A stretch of 42,068 nt of DNA from Candidatus Hydrothermia bacterium (GCA_032249175.1 JAVVGK010000001.1:1-42068); one strand, 5' to 3'; counted from the first letter of the stretch, positions 17,551 through 27,205 are shown. The notes: generated by a model from the letters alone, not told the origin. Program-made: numbers and translations.

Positions 17551-19859
17551 CTAATATAACTTCTATTATTTTTTCTTTCAAGATGAATTCTATGATAGCC
17601 CATTTGAGCAATTTCCTCTTCATGTGTTATTACAATAAGTTGATAGTCTTGATTATATTTTATGAAATTAGAGAATAATTCTCCTAAGCTTTCTATTCTT
17701 TCATCATCCATTCCATCTGTTGGCTCATCAAGGATAAATATCTTAAATTTTATATCAAGCATTTGAGCAATAGCTAATCTTATAGCTAAGGATAATGCAG
17801 TTTTTTCACCACCACTTAATGAATTTACATCAATATCATATCCACTCTCATTTTTTAAGAATATTTCCATGCTTTCATCCAAAAATTCAATCTCAATTGA
17901 TTTGTAATCTGACAAATTAAACTTATCAAAATAGTGCTGAACGAAAAATTTCAAATTTTCATAACTTCTTTTTCTTTCAAGTGTTATTAAATTCAATAAT
18001 CTATTATTTAAATCTTCATAAGTTTCTTTTTGAGATTTTTTCCTTTCATATTCATTCAATTCTTTTTCTATATCTTCCTTCCTCATTTTAAATTCATTAA
18101 TCATTCTCTCATTTGTCTTAATTTCTCCTCCCAATTTTCCAATTTCATTACTTATTCTTTCAATTTCTTTTTCAATATTCTCTATTTGAGCATCTATGCT
18201 TTCAAAATCAGTATCTTTGTAATTTTCAAGCTCTAATAGGATTTCCTTTTTTTTGCTAATTTCTTTTTCTAATTGGTTTTTTAAACTTAGTTTTGATAAA
18301 TAATTTTCATAGAATTTTCTATTCTCTTCTACGAAGTCTATAACCTCTTGGAAATTAAAATTATAATTCCATTCTTTTATTTTGCTTTCATATTCACTTT
18401 TTCTTTTTTCAAAAGCAAATTTTTGAGAATAAATTTTATAATCTTTTTCATACATTTTGTAATTTTTTACTTTTACCAATTTTTCCCAAATTTGTTTATT
18501 TTTATCAAAAATTTCTTTAAGTTTAATGTATTCTTCAAAAATAGGCTCAAATTTTAATTTTCTTTTGACTTCTGATAATTCTTTTTCTATATTTTCTGAT
18601 TCTTGTTTTAGTTGTTGTTTTTCCAAAAGCAGTTTATTTATTGATGTTTTTGCTTCTTGAATTAACATTTTTTTATGGTTTTCATCAAGTGGTCTTTTAC
18701 ATATTGGACAATTACCTAATACATTTTCTAATTCTTTTAAAATTTTTTGATTTTGAGATATTTCATTTTCAATTTCTCCAATCCTTAGAATAATTTTCTG
18801 CTTTCTTTCTGACAATTCTTTTTCTTTCTGTTTAAATTGATTTATTATCTCTTCATTTACTTCTCCAAATTCATTTTTAAGTTTTTCCTTTATTTCTTTT
18901 CCTCTTTTTACAATACTCTCAATTTCCTTAATTTTATCATCATTTAAATAATTTAAGTATTCTTGATATTTTTCATAACCTTCTTTGTGCTTTTCAATAT
19001 TTTCCAATTCCTTATTAACTTTTATAAGGTTTTCATAAGCGGATTTAACTTCAATTGCCTTCTTATAAATTTCGTTATATTTTTCATACTTTTCAAAAAC
19101 TTCTTTATCTTTTTCAAGCTCTTTCTCAATTTCTACATATTCTTTTTCAAAATTTTCAATATCTTTAAGCTTCTTATATAGCTCTTTTGCAGATTCTAAA
19201 AGTTTTTTTCTTTCTTTAAGCTCATTTAAAGTTTTTTCCAAATTTTCCTTACTTTTTATCTTTTCTTCATTTTCTTTTAAAATGTTATCTATTGCTTTTT
19301 CAATCTCCTCTAAATCATTTTTTTTCTTAAAATAATCAAATCCCTTTATATATATCTCGTAATCCCTAATAATTCTCTTATTTACATCTATAATTTTTTT
19401 CAGAATATCAATGCCTATTATTCTCTCAAATTCTTCCATTCTTCCCTTTGGTGATTTTCTTATAAATTCATCTATGCTTTTTTGCCTTATTAATAATGTG
19501 CTAACATATCTTTTATAATTTATATTGAAGTTTTTCAATAAATATCGTTGAAATGATTCTGAACCATCTATTCCATATAAGTTTGTTGAAAAGCTCCTGT
19601 ATCTTCTTTCAATTATAACATCCCTTTGATTATTACTCATAACCATTCTTATTAAAAAATCCCTTTTTCCATGTCTAATTAAATGTTCTCCACTTCCTTG
19701 ATATATTGCTTTTCCAAATAGAGAATAGCAAATTGCTTCAACTATTGAGCTTTTTCCACTTCCATTTTGCCCTGTAATGATATTTATCCCATCTACAAAA
19801 TCCACTACGCTATCCTCATGAACTAAAAAGTTTTTAAGCTCTATTGATTTTATTTTCAT
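17541..19859 (-). CDS. sbcC: SbcC/Rad50-family ATPase
   Basis: GQNGSGKSS Walker A, long K/E-rich coiled coil, CPICKRPL zinc hook, LSGGEKT signature, FILDEPT Walker B. Confidence 0.9.
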   Translation of the reverse strand: MKIKSIELKNFLVHEDSVVDFVDGINIITGQNGSGKSSIVEAICYSLFGKAIYQGSGEHLIRHGKRDFLIRMVMSNNQRDVIIERRYRSFSTNLYGIDGSESFQRYLLKNFNINYKRYVSTLLIRQKSIDEFIRKSPKGRMEEFERIIGIDILKKIIDVNKRIIRDYEIYIKGFDYFKKKNDLEEIEKAIDNILKENEEKIKSKENLEKTLNELKERKKLLESAKELYKKLKDIENFEKEYVEIEKELEKDKEVFEKYEKYNEIYKKAIEVKSAYENLIKVNKELENIEKHKEGYEKYQEYLNYLNDDKIKEIESIVKRGKEIKEKLKNEFGEVNEEIINQFKQKEKELSERKQKIILRIGEIENEISQNQKILKELENVLGNCPICKRPLDENHKKMLIQEAKTSINKLLLEKQQLKQESENIEKELSEVKRKLKFEPIFEEYIKLKEIFDKNKQIWEKLVKVKNYKMYEKDYKIYSQKFAFEKRKSEYESKIKEWNYNFNFQEVIDFVEENRKFYENYLSKLSLKNQLEKEISKKKEILLELENYKDTDFESIDAQIENIEKEIERISNEIGKLGGEIKTNERMINEFKMRKEDIEKELNEYERKKSQKETYEDLNNRLLNLITLERKRSYENLKFFVQHYFDKFNLSDYKSIEIEFLDESMEIFLKNESGYDIDVNSLSGGEKTALSLAIRLAIAQMLDIKFKIFILDEPTDGMDDERIESLGELFSNFIKYNQDYQLIVITHEEEIAQMGYHRIHLERKNNRSYISYV

Positions 19860-21000
19860 TTTCCAATCTCCTTAAAACATTTTCTATATCCTTTTCTATA
19901 TCTTCTTTTTTCTTTTCCACATCATTTAAGTTTATATTTTCAATAATTTCCATTACAATTTCATAATAATTTCCAAGAATTTCCTGCTTATAATTATCAT
20001 TAGTGATTTTGAAATTTTGTGATTGAAATTGCTTAAAGCTCGTTATTATTTTTTCAATATGGTAAAATTTTAAATTGTTTAAAAGTGAATTTAATTCAGG
20101 TATAATATCATAGCTTGCATTATTTATTTTCAAAATTAAAATTTTTTGACTATCTTGATAGTTTTTGAGTTTATTTTCAATTTCCCCAATTGTTGGGTCA
20201 TTAAATTCAATTTTAATATACTCTCTTGGTGTTTTTAGAAAAATTTCCTCTTTTTTTATATTATTTTTATCTAAAACTTCATAAAGAATTATTCTCTTTC
20301 TCGTTTTTTGTTTAATAAATCCATTTTCATCATATTCATACTCATCGTATTTTAGCGCCTCACTTGAGCCAACATAAGAAAACTTTTCTCTAATTTTTGG
20401 TGTATGAAAATGTCCAAGAAATATAAAATCAAAATCTTTCAATCTTTCAAAAGGAATATCAATAATACCTGATTTTTGTCTTGATGTTTCTTCATCTATT
20501 ATTTGATGTAAAACAAGAAAGTTAATTTCCGAAGTTTTTAAATCTTGTAAAATTTCAGAAATTGTATCTTTTAAAATTTGTCTGTTTGAGAAATATGGAA
20601 GTAAGTAAAAGTTAATGCCATTATATGAAAATTTCAATTCTTCAACATTTATCCTACCATCTTTGAAAATCCTCATCATTTCTACGACTTTTACATTTTC
20701 ATTTTCAAAAATGCTAATTGGTGATAATCCAATTCTTGCCTTAAAGTCATGATTTCCAGGTGTTATAAGAATTTTAAATTTTTTTGAAAGTTCAGAAAAT
20801 TTTTCAAAAGCAAATTTCAATGTTATGCTTTCGGGTCTATCTTTATCAAATAAGTCTCCACTATGAATTATAATATCAGGATTATAATCAAATGCCAATT
20901 GGAATATCTCTTCAAATACTCTTAAAAAATCATTATAAGTTTCATTCTTTCTATACTTTATAGCTCCAAGATGATTGTCAGAAATATGTAAAATTTTCAT
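19834..21000 (-). CDS. sbcD: SbcD/Mre11-family nuclease
   Basis: MKILHISDNHLG, HSGDLFD, GNHD and LGHFH phosphoesterase motifs. Confidence 0.9.
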   Translation of the reverse strand: MKILHISDNHLGAIKYRKNETYNDFLRVFEEIFQLAFDYNPDIIIHSGDLFDKDRPESITLKFAFEKFSELSKKFKILITPGNHDFKARIGLSPISIFENENVKVVEMMRIFKDGRINVEELKFSYNGINFYLLPYFSNRQILKDTISEILQDLKTSEINFLVLHQIIDEETSRQKSGIIDIPFERLKDFDFIFLGHFHTPKIREKFSYVGSSEALKYDEYEYDENGFIKQKTRKRIILYEVLDKNNIKKEEIFLKTPREYIKIEFNDPTIGEIENKLKNYQDSQKILILKINNASYDIIPELNSLLNNLKFYHIEKIITSFKQFQSQNFKITNDNYKQEILGNYYEIVMEIIENINLNDVEKKKEDIEKDIENVLRRLENENKINRA

Positions 21001-21602
21001 TGTAATGTTAATGCATATAAAACGATATTCATACCAAATTTTAAGGCAGTTTCTTGAACTTCTGGTGGGTCACCATGCCTATCAGTCCATCCATCAGATA
21101 TATTGCTCTCATAAGTATATAGTAAAACTAATCTATCTCCTATAAATATGCCATATGCTTTTGGAGGTTTTCCATCGTGTTGGTGAATTTTAGGTAATTT
21201 ATCAAATTTCCAATAGATATGAAAAATTGGATGACTTAAAGGAATTTCTTCAAGTTCTTTATCAGGAAAAACCTTTTTAATTTCTCTTCTAAAATGAATA
21301 TCAAGTCCATAATCATCATCTACATATAAAAACCCTCCCCTTTCAAGATATTCTCTTAAATTTTTAGCATCCATTTCAGAAAAATAGACATTTCCATGTC
21401 CTGTCATATAAATTATTGGATAATTGAAAATTTCTCTACTACTTGGTTTTACTATTGCTTGTCTTTCATCAAGGTCTATATTTATATATTTCTTTATAAA
21501 TTTTACGAGATTTGGAATAACCTCCGGGTCATTATACCAATCACCCCCACCCTCATATTGTAATCTTGCAATTTGAAATGACAATAAAAGAAATGACATC
21601 AA
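20997..21602 (-). CDS. DUF4159 domain protein (start TTG 21602 or ATG 21599)
   Basis: RLQYEGGGDWYNDPEVIPNL, YMTGHGNVYFSEMDAKNLREYLERGGFLYVDD. Confidence 0.7.
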   Translation of the reverse strand: MMSFLLLSFQIARLQYEGGGDWYNDPEVIPNLVKFIKKYINIDLDERQAIVKPSSREIFNYPIIYMTGHGNVYFSEMDAKNLREYLERGGFLYVDDDYGLDIHFRREIKKVFPDKELEEIPLSHPIFHIYWKFDKLPKIHQHDGKPPKAYGIFIGDRLVLLYTYESNISDGWTDRHGDPPEVQETALKFGMNIVLYALTLQ

Positions 21603-21647
21603 TTATTAAAATTTTAAGGCTACCCTAAAAACAAGCAACTTAATTTT

Positions 21648-21823
21648 GCTTTGTCCAATAAATAATGTTAAATAATTGATAATCAATAACTTATAAAAAT
21701 TTTAGGAAATTACTGAATTTATCGGAGGTTTATTTAAGGGGGCGAAAGTAAGGCAAAGCCTTATCTTCAGGGTGGGTGGTAAAATAAAGAAAAATAAATA
21801 GTTTTAGAATTATTAGACAATCC
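21648..21823 (-). repeat. MITE-like repeat, copy 4 (full length, G-rich strand on +)
   Basis: GCTTTGTCCAATAAATAATG ... GAATTATTAGACAATCC. Internal CAGGGTGGGTGG loop and AAGGCAAAGCCTT hairpin. Confidence 0.85.
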
Positions 21824-21834
21824 AAACAATATAT

Positions 21835-22035
21835 GCTTTGTCCAATAAATAGTGTTAAGTGATTAACTATCAATAACTTATGAAATCTTTAATGAAATTA
21901 TAGATTTTATAGGGGGATTATTAGGGGGCGGAAGCCCCCTGCCGAAAAATAGGGAACTTTAAAGCCGAAGGCTTATTTTTAGGGTGGGTGGGAAAAATAA
22001 GAAATAGTCGTAATTTTAGAATTATTGGACAATCC
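21835..22035 (-). repeat. MITE-like repeat, copy 5 (full length, with an extra AGGGGGC-GGAA-GCCCCCT hairpin)
   Basis: GCTTTGTCCAATAAATAGTG ... AGAATTATTGGACAATCC. In tandem with copy 4. Confidence 0.85.
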
Positions 22036-22070
22036 AACTCAATTTTATCCTTAACTTTAAAATTATCAAT

Positions 22071-23264
22071 ATGGAGATTATTACAAAAGAAGAAAATTAT
22101 ATTGAAATAAATGTTGGACCTCAACATCCTGCTACACATGGCGTTTTAAGAGTTATATTAACGCTTGATGGTGAAAGGATTGTAAAGGCAAAATGTAAAA
22201 TTGGATATTTACATAGAGGAACTGAAAAGCTTGGAGAAGAAAAAAACTACTATCAAATGTTAATTTACACAGATAGGTTAGACTATTTAGCACCTTTATC
22301 AAATAATTTTGCTTATGTCAGAGCAGTTGAAAAATTGTTAGGAATTGAGAATAAAATTCCAAAAAGAGCAGAATATTTAAGAGTTATATTAGCTGAATTA
22401 TCAAGGATAGCAAGTCATCTTGTTGGTGTTGGAACACATGTTATGGATATTGGTGCTTGGACATTTTTCTTACATGCATTTAGAGAAAGAGAAAAAATCT
22501 ATGATTTATTAGAGGAAATTTCTGGTCAAAGAATGAATAATACATTTTTTAGATTTGGTGGTGTTGCTGCTGATTGTCCTCCTAATTGGCTTGAAAAGGT
22601 TTATAAATGGGCTGATGAATTTGAAAAGAAAATTTGGCCAGAGCTTATGGACTTAATAGCTGAAAATCCTATATTTAAAGAAAGAACTGTTGGAATTGGT
22701 GTAATTCCAAAAGATTTAGCAATAAATCTATCTTTAACAGGACCATTATTAAGAGGAAGTGGTATTAAAAAAGATTTAAGAAAAGATGAGCCATATTCTG
22801 TTTATTCTGAATTTGATTTTGATATACCTGTAGGAAAAAATGGAGATACTTACGATAGATTCATCGTTAGAATGGAAGAAATGAGACAAAGTGCAAGAAT
22901 AATTAAACAAGCAATAGAAAAAATTCCTGATGGCGATGTTTTAATTAATGACTATAAAATTGTTCCACCACCCAAAAAAATTGTATATTCTCAAATAGAA
23001 TACTTAATTCATCATTTTAAAATTATGAGTGAAGGGTTTTTAGTTAAAGAAGGTGAAGTATATGCTGCTGTTGAAGGACCAAAAGGAGAAATAGGTTTTT
23101 ATATTGTTTCAGATGGCTCATCAAAGCCTTATAGATTTAGAATTAGACCTCCAAGCTTTATAAATTTACAAGCACTTGAAGAAATTGCTCCTGGTCATTT
23201 AATAGCAGATTTTATTGCTTTAATTGGAACAATTGATATTGTTCTTGGCGAAGTTGATAGATGA
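22071..23264 (+). CDS. nuoD: NADH-quinone oxidoreductase subunit D (49-kDa subunit family)
   Basis: NVGPQHPATHGVLR, GYLHRGTEK, DRLDYL and C-terminal IGTIDIVLGEVDR. Confidence 0.9.
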   Translation: MEIITKEENYIEINVGPQHPATHGVLRVILTLDGERIVKAKCKIGYLHRGTEKLGEEKNYYQMLIYTDRLDYLAPLSNNFAYVRAVEKLLGIENKIPKRAEYLRVILAELSRIASHLVGVGTHVMDIGAWTFFLHAFREREKIYDLLEEISGQRMNNTFFRFGGVAADCPPNWLEKVYKWADEFEKKIWPELMDLIAENPIFKERTVGIGVIPKDLAINLSLTGPLLRGSGIKKDLRKDEPYSVYSEFDFDIPVGKNGDTYDRFIVRMEEMRQSARIIKQAIEKIPDGDVLINDYKIVPPPKKIVYSQIEYLIHHFKIMSEGFLVKEGEVYAAVEGPKGEIGFYIVSDGSSKPYRFRIRPPSFINLQALEEIAPGHLIADFIALIGTIDIVLGEVDR

Positions 23265-24343
23265 TAATAATTGTATCTTTAAGTCTTGAAAATTTTTTAG
23301 CAAAATTATATGAAAACCCAAAATTAAAGTTTTTTGAAAATTACATAAGCTCTATAAATTTTTCAAAATGGGAATTTATAAACGCTTCAAAGTTTATGAT
23401 TGAATATAATGCTATGTTTGAAAATGGTTTTTTAAGTTTTGGATATGAAATAAGTCCTTCAATAATTTACGATTTTCGTCTAAATAAAGCTAATGCAGAT
23501 TTAAAAATTTATGAAGTAGTTAAGCAAAAGAATGAATTTATTTTTCAAGCAGTTTCAACTTACATAAAAGCACTTATTATTAAGAGTGAAATTGAAAATA
23601 AAGAGAAAATCATTTCAAATTATAAAAGAATTGCTGAAATTCTTGAAAATGAACATAAATTTAAAATTGAGCATCCCATAAATGAAATTATTTTAATTAA
23701 AAGTGAAATTTCAAACTTGGAAAGTGAAATAAACATTTTAAAAGAGCAATATAAAAGTCTATTAGCAGAATTAAATGCTTATGTTGAAATTGATAGTGTT
23801 GAAGAAATAAATGAAATTCCAAAAATTCAAAATCTAAATGCTAAAATGACAATAGATTTTAGAATTTTAGAGAAAAATAAGCAATTTTATAATGATAATT
23901 TGAAATTAAGTTATTTACAAGTTTTCCCATCAATAAAACCATCAATTTTAAGAAGAAATGATGGAACTTATGCTTTTATGATTGGTTTAGCATTTTCAAT
24001 TTTCCCATTAAACTCAATAAAACAAAATAAAATTTTAGTTAGTAGCTTTAATGAAAAATTCCTAAATTACTATGAAAATTATATAAATTCAAAAATTCTT
24101 CAAATTATAACAGATTATGAAAATGCCAAAAAACGATATGAGAATTACGAAAAATTAAGAAAAGATTATGAAAAAACACTAAAAACCTTAAAGAACGATT
24201 ATAAATTTTCAAATTTTGATTTGATTGATTATTACAAATTGGAAAATAAACTATTTGAAATTGAAATTGAACTCAAAAAATCTAAATATGAAACAATTTT
24301 AAAATCCTTTGAGTTGAATAAGTATATCATAAACATCCATTAG
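23261..24343 (+). CDS. Hypothetical coiled-coil protein, possibly a short TolC/OEP-like outer-membrane factor
   Basis: Repeated helical heptad-like segments. N-terminal LENFLAKLYENPKLK resembles OEP family starts. ATGA overlap with nuoD. Confidence 0.35.
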   Translation: MIIIVSLSLENFLAKLYENPKLKFFENYISSINFSKWEFINASKFMIEYNAMFENGFLSFGYEISPSIIYDFRLNKANADLKIYEVVKQKNEFIFQAVSTYIKALIIKSEIENKEKIISNYKRIAEILENEHKFKIEHPINEIILIKSEISNLESEINILKEQYKSLLAELNAYVEIDSVEEINEIPKIQNLNAKMTIDFRILEKNKQFYNDNLKLSYLQVFPSIKPSILRRNDGTYAFMIGLAFSIFPLNSIKQNKILVSSFNEKFLNYYENYINSKILQIITDYENAKKRYENYEKLRKDYEKTLKTLKNDYKFSNFDLIDYYKLENKLFEIEIELKKSKYETILKSFELNKYIINIH

Positions 24344-25219
24344 CCTTATGTTTTTATAACCCTTTTCAGTTAAGTAAATTATAATCATTTCAAGATTTTT
24401 TAATAAAAATTTACTATCATAAGGACTTAAATTTTCAATAACTTCAACATTATGAAACATTATATTTATGAAAATTTTTCTATCCTTGTATTTTCTTTCA
24501 TATTTTTCAATAGCAAATTTCATTTCTTCAAAATTGTAATTTGAAGGTCTTACCCATATATTTCCAAAGAATTTATTAAAAATTCTTCTAAAAAACCTAA
24601 AATTATATAGTTTTGAATTTCTAAAAATTTTATATAATTTTGGATTTCTTGAATAAACAGTTATTGGAACTTCAAGAATGCCATTTACAAAATAAGGATA
24701 ATCAGGTTTATCTGTATGGTCTATATCTGAAATTTTTGAGAAAGGAGCAACTGAGCTATCAACTTTGTAATTTAAAATTTTTAAGAATTTGTAAGTTCTA
24801 TTACTTATTGAAAAACGACCCGCTCTATAAGAAATTGGATTAAAGTGGAATGTTTTTATAAATAATTCTGTTAAATTTTTTAATTTTTCAAATTCAATTT
24901 CATCTTCATAATCACTTGTATATTCATTAGCATATTCAATATTTTCTTTTTTATTTGGCTCAATAAATTCTCCATGTAAATGTGTTCCAAGCTCAACATT
25001 CTTCTTTAATAAATCTTTAAAAATTAAGACTGACTTTTCATCATAAATAACTTCTGGACTTAAAAGATAAACTGCCCTTATATTGTATTTATCAAAAATT
25101 TTCTCTAAGATATTTACCCCTTCATAAACACCAATAAAACTTAAAGGTTTTATAACCTTCCAATTCTTATCCTTATCGCATTCTGTATCTATTGAAATAA
25201 TAAAAAACTTATTTAGCAT
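24299..25219 (-). CDS. Polysaccharide deacetylase-like (CE4-superfamily / WalW-like) protein
   Basis: FIISIDTECD, GTHLHGE, SYRAGRFS. Confidence 0.45.
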   Translation of the reverse strand: MLNKFFIISIDTECDKDKNWKVIKPLSFIGVYEGVNILEKIFDKYNIRAVYLLSPEVIYDEKSVLIFKDLLKKNVELGTHLHGEFIEPNKKENIEYANEYTSDYEDEIEFEKLKNLTELFIKTFHFNPISYRAGRFSISNRTYKFLKILNYKVDSSVAPFSKISDIDHTDKPDYPYFVNGILEVPITVYSRNPKLYKIFRNSKLYNFRFFRRIFNKFFGNIWVRPSNYNFEEMKFAIEKYERKYKDRKIFINIMFHNVEVIENLSPYDSKFLLKNLEMIIIYLTEKGYKNIRLMDVYDILIQLKGF

Positions 25220-26528
25220 TTATTTTTTCTTTTCTAATTAAAATTCTTTCACCATTTTCCTTTGTTCCATAAAAATAAACATTCAAACTATCTTTATAAA
25301 AATCCAAAATTACATATCCTCTATATTCAGCATTCATAAACTTTATATGTGGATTTTGTTTTAAAATTGTATCACTTATTGCTTTTAAACTACTTGGAGA
25401 GCTAACACCTGCTGTTATGATTTCATAAGCGATTGGTTTTTTATTATAAATAACTTCACCAAAATAAAATACATGTGTATCTCCCGTTGAAAAGATAACA
25501 TTCTTAATATCTTTTATATTTTTTAAAATTTCCATCTTTTCAAAATAATAACCATCCCATTGATCAACATTTAATGGTTTATTATCCTTAAATAAATCCA
25601 TAAACATAACATTATTTGCTATCAATTTCCAAATTGATTTTGAATTTTTTAGATTGTTTATTAGCCAATTTTTTTGCTCCTTTCCAAGTAATGTTCTACC
25701 TTCACTAAAAGCGACTTTATAACAATCACCTTTTGGATTGAAAGTTGGCCTACAAGCCATTTCATCACGATATTGCCTTCCATCAATTAAAAAAATATCA
25801 ATTAAATTTCCTACTTTAAAACTTCTATAAATTCTAAAACTATCATTATCTCTAATAGGAATGTATTCAAAAAAAGCTTTATAAGCGTCATATAATCTTT
25901 TAGGATTATAATATCTCATAACTTTACCTGCGTAATCATTCATTACTTCATGATCATCCCAAATGGCATATATTGGAATTCTTGATAGTGCCAACTTTAA
26001 AAATGTATCACTATGAGCAATTTTATATTTGCTTCTATATGTTTCTAAGTCTTGTGCAGGTAAAGTTGGATCTGCTCTTCTTGGATTTCTATAAACATTA
26101 AATTCATATATAAAATCTCCCAAAAATAAAATTATATCAACACTATCATCAGCTAAATACTTATATGCCCAAAAATAATTTTCCGAAAAATGTTGGCAAG
26201 ATAATAAGGCAATTCTAAAATGGTTAGTTTCCTTTGGCAATGTTTTTGTTTTTCCAATTGGACTATATTTATCTTTATATTTAAATCTATAAAAGTAAGT
26301 TTTTCCTGGTTCAAGTCCATCAATTAAAACCTTAATTGTCCAATCTCTTGAACTATCCGTTATAATTTTTCCGCTTTTTATTATTTTATTAAACAAACTA
26401 TCTTCTGAAATTTCATATATAACTTCTGCTTTTGAATAAGCATCTAATTTTGTCCATATTATAACTGAATTCGTATCTGCATCACCAGAGGCTACTGAAT
26501 AATTAAAATAAAAGAAAATAATTAGCAA
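25209..26528 (-). CDS. phoD: PhoD-like alkaline phosphatase/phosphodiesterase
   Basis: VASGDADTNSVIIWTK N-terminal domain. Metallophosphatase motifs GDFIYE, WDDHEV and STGDTH. TTG start; no Tat or signal sequence visible. Confidence 0.8.
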   Translation of the reverse strand: MLIIFFYFNYSVASGDADTNSVIIWTKLDAYSKAEVIYEISEDSLFNKIIKSGKIITDSSRDWTIKVLIDGLEPGKTYFYRFKYKDKYSPIGKTKTLPKETNHFRIALLSCQHFSENYFWAYKYLADDSVDIILFLGDFIYEFNVYRNPRRADPTLPAQDLETYRSKYKIAHSDTFLKLALSRIPIYAIWDDHEVMNDYAGKVMRYYNPKRLYDAYKAFFEYIPIRDNDSFRIYRSFKVGNLIDIFLIDGRQYRDEMACRPTFNPKGDCYKVAFSEGRTLLGKEQKNWLINNLKNSKSIWKLIANNVMFMDLFKDNKPLNVDQWDGYYFEKMEILKNIKDIKNVIFSTGDTHVFYFGEVIYNKKPIAYEIITAGVSSPSSLKAISDTILKQNPHIKFMNAEYRGYVILDFYKDSLNVYFYGTKENGERILIRKEKINAK

Positions 26529-26545
26529 GCTTTAAAATTTTAAAC
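26529..26545. promoter_or_regulatory. 17-bp divergent intergenic region consisting of a palindromic TTTAAAATTTTAAA element (putative bidirectional promoter)
   Basis: GCTTTAAAATTTTAAAC lies between the TTG of phoD (26526-26528, minus) and the TTG of lepB (26546). A TAAAAT reads out on both strands. Confidence 0.5.
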
Positions 26546-27205
26546 TTGAAAAAGAAAAGTTTGAGAGAAAAATTAGAAGGTTGGATTTGGACAATTATTA
26601 TTGTTTTAATTTTAAGAGAATCCGTCGTTCAAGCATATTTAATTCCTTCTGGCTCTATGGAAGATACATTACTACCTGGTGATTTTGTCCTTGCTACTAA
26701 ATTTGATTATGGACTTAAAATTCCATTTACTGATATTAAACTATTCTCTGGAAAATTACCAAAAAGAGGTGAAATTGTAATTTTTACATATCCAATTGAT
26801 AAAAATAAAGATTTTGTTAAAAGAGTTATTGCTCTTCCTGGCGATACTATTGAGATTAGGGATAAGGTTGTTTATATAAATAATAAGCCTTTGTTTGAGC
26901 CTTATGTAGTCTATAAAGATAGCTATTATTATAAATCTGTTAATATTGATAAGGAGAGTTTTCAAAAGCTTTGGTTAAATGGTGCTTTTGCGAGTGGTCA
27001 GAAATTTATTCGTGATAATTTTGGACCTGTTGTTGTTCCAAAAAATGCTGTTTTTGTTATGGGTGATAATAGGGATTATTCATTTGATTCAAGGTTTTGG
27101 GGTCCTTTGGATATAAAGTATCTAAAAGGAAAACCAAGAATAATATACTTTTCTTGGGGTGAAAAGGGTATAAGGTTTAATAGAATTCTTAAGATAATAG
27201 GATGA
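26546..27205 (+). CDS. lepB: Signal peptidase I
   Basis: PSGSMEDTL (catalytic Ser), VKRVIALPGD (catalytic Lys), GDNRDYSFDSRFWG. Confidence 0.95.
   Translation: MKKKSLREKLEGWIWTIIIVLILRESVVQAYLIPSGSMEDTLLPGDFVLATKFDYGLKIPFTDIKLFSGKLPKRGEIVIFTYPIDKNKDFVKRVIALPGDTIEIRDKVVYINNKPLFEPYVVYKDSYYYKSVNIDKESFQKLWLNGAFASGQKFIRDNFGPVVVPKNAVFVMGDNRDYSFDSRFWGPLDIKYLKGKPRIIYFSWGEKGIRFNRILKIIG

Noticed and set aside
18030-19181. Three plus-strand ORFs (18030..18236, 18348..18557, 18963..19181) antisense to sbcC
   Set aside because: They are F/I/L-rich low-complexity translations of the complement of the K/E-rich coiled-coil region. This is the expected shadow of an AT-rich gene.
17541-21000. SbcCD as part of an anti-phage defence system
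   Set aside because: It is a canonical Mre11/Rad50-type pair with standard motifs. No accessory defence genes are adjacent, so housekeeping repair is the parsimonious reading.
21961-22000. G-quadruplex in the GGGTGGGTGGG loop of the repeat
   Set aside because: Only three closely spaced G-tracts are consistently present. The fourth tract is more than 20 nt away and is not conserved in all copies, so no canonical G4 motif can be claimed.
21648-22035. Tandem repeats considered as a CRISPR array
   Set aside because: The units are 90-200 bp with internal inverted repeats. There are only two per locus, and there are no short unique spacers or cas genes.
21921-22139. 72-aa minus-strand ORF
   Set aside because: It runs through repeat copy 5 and the nuoD promoter and start. 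It is a repeat-derived artefact.
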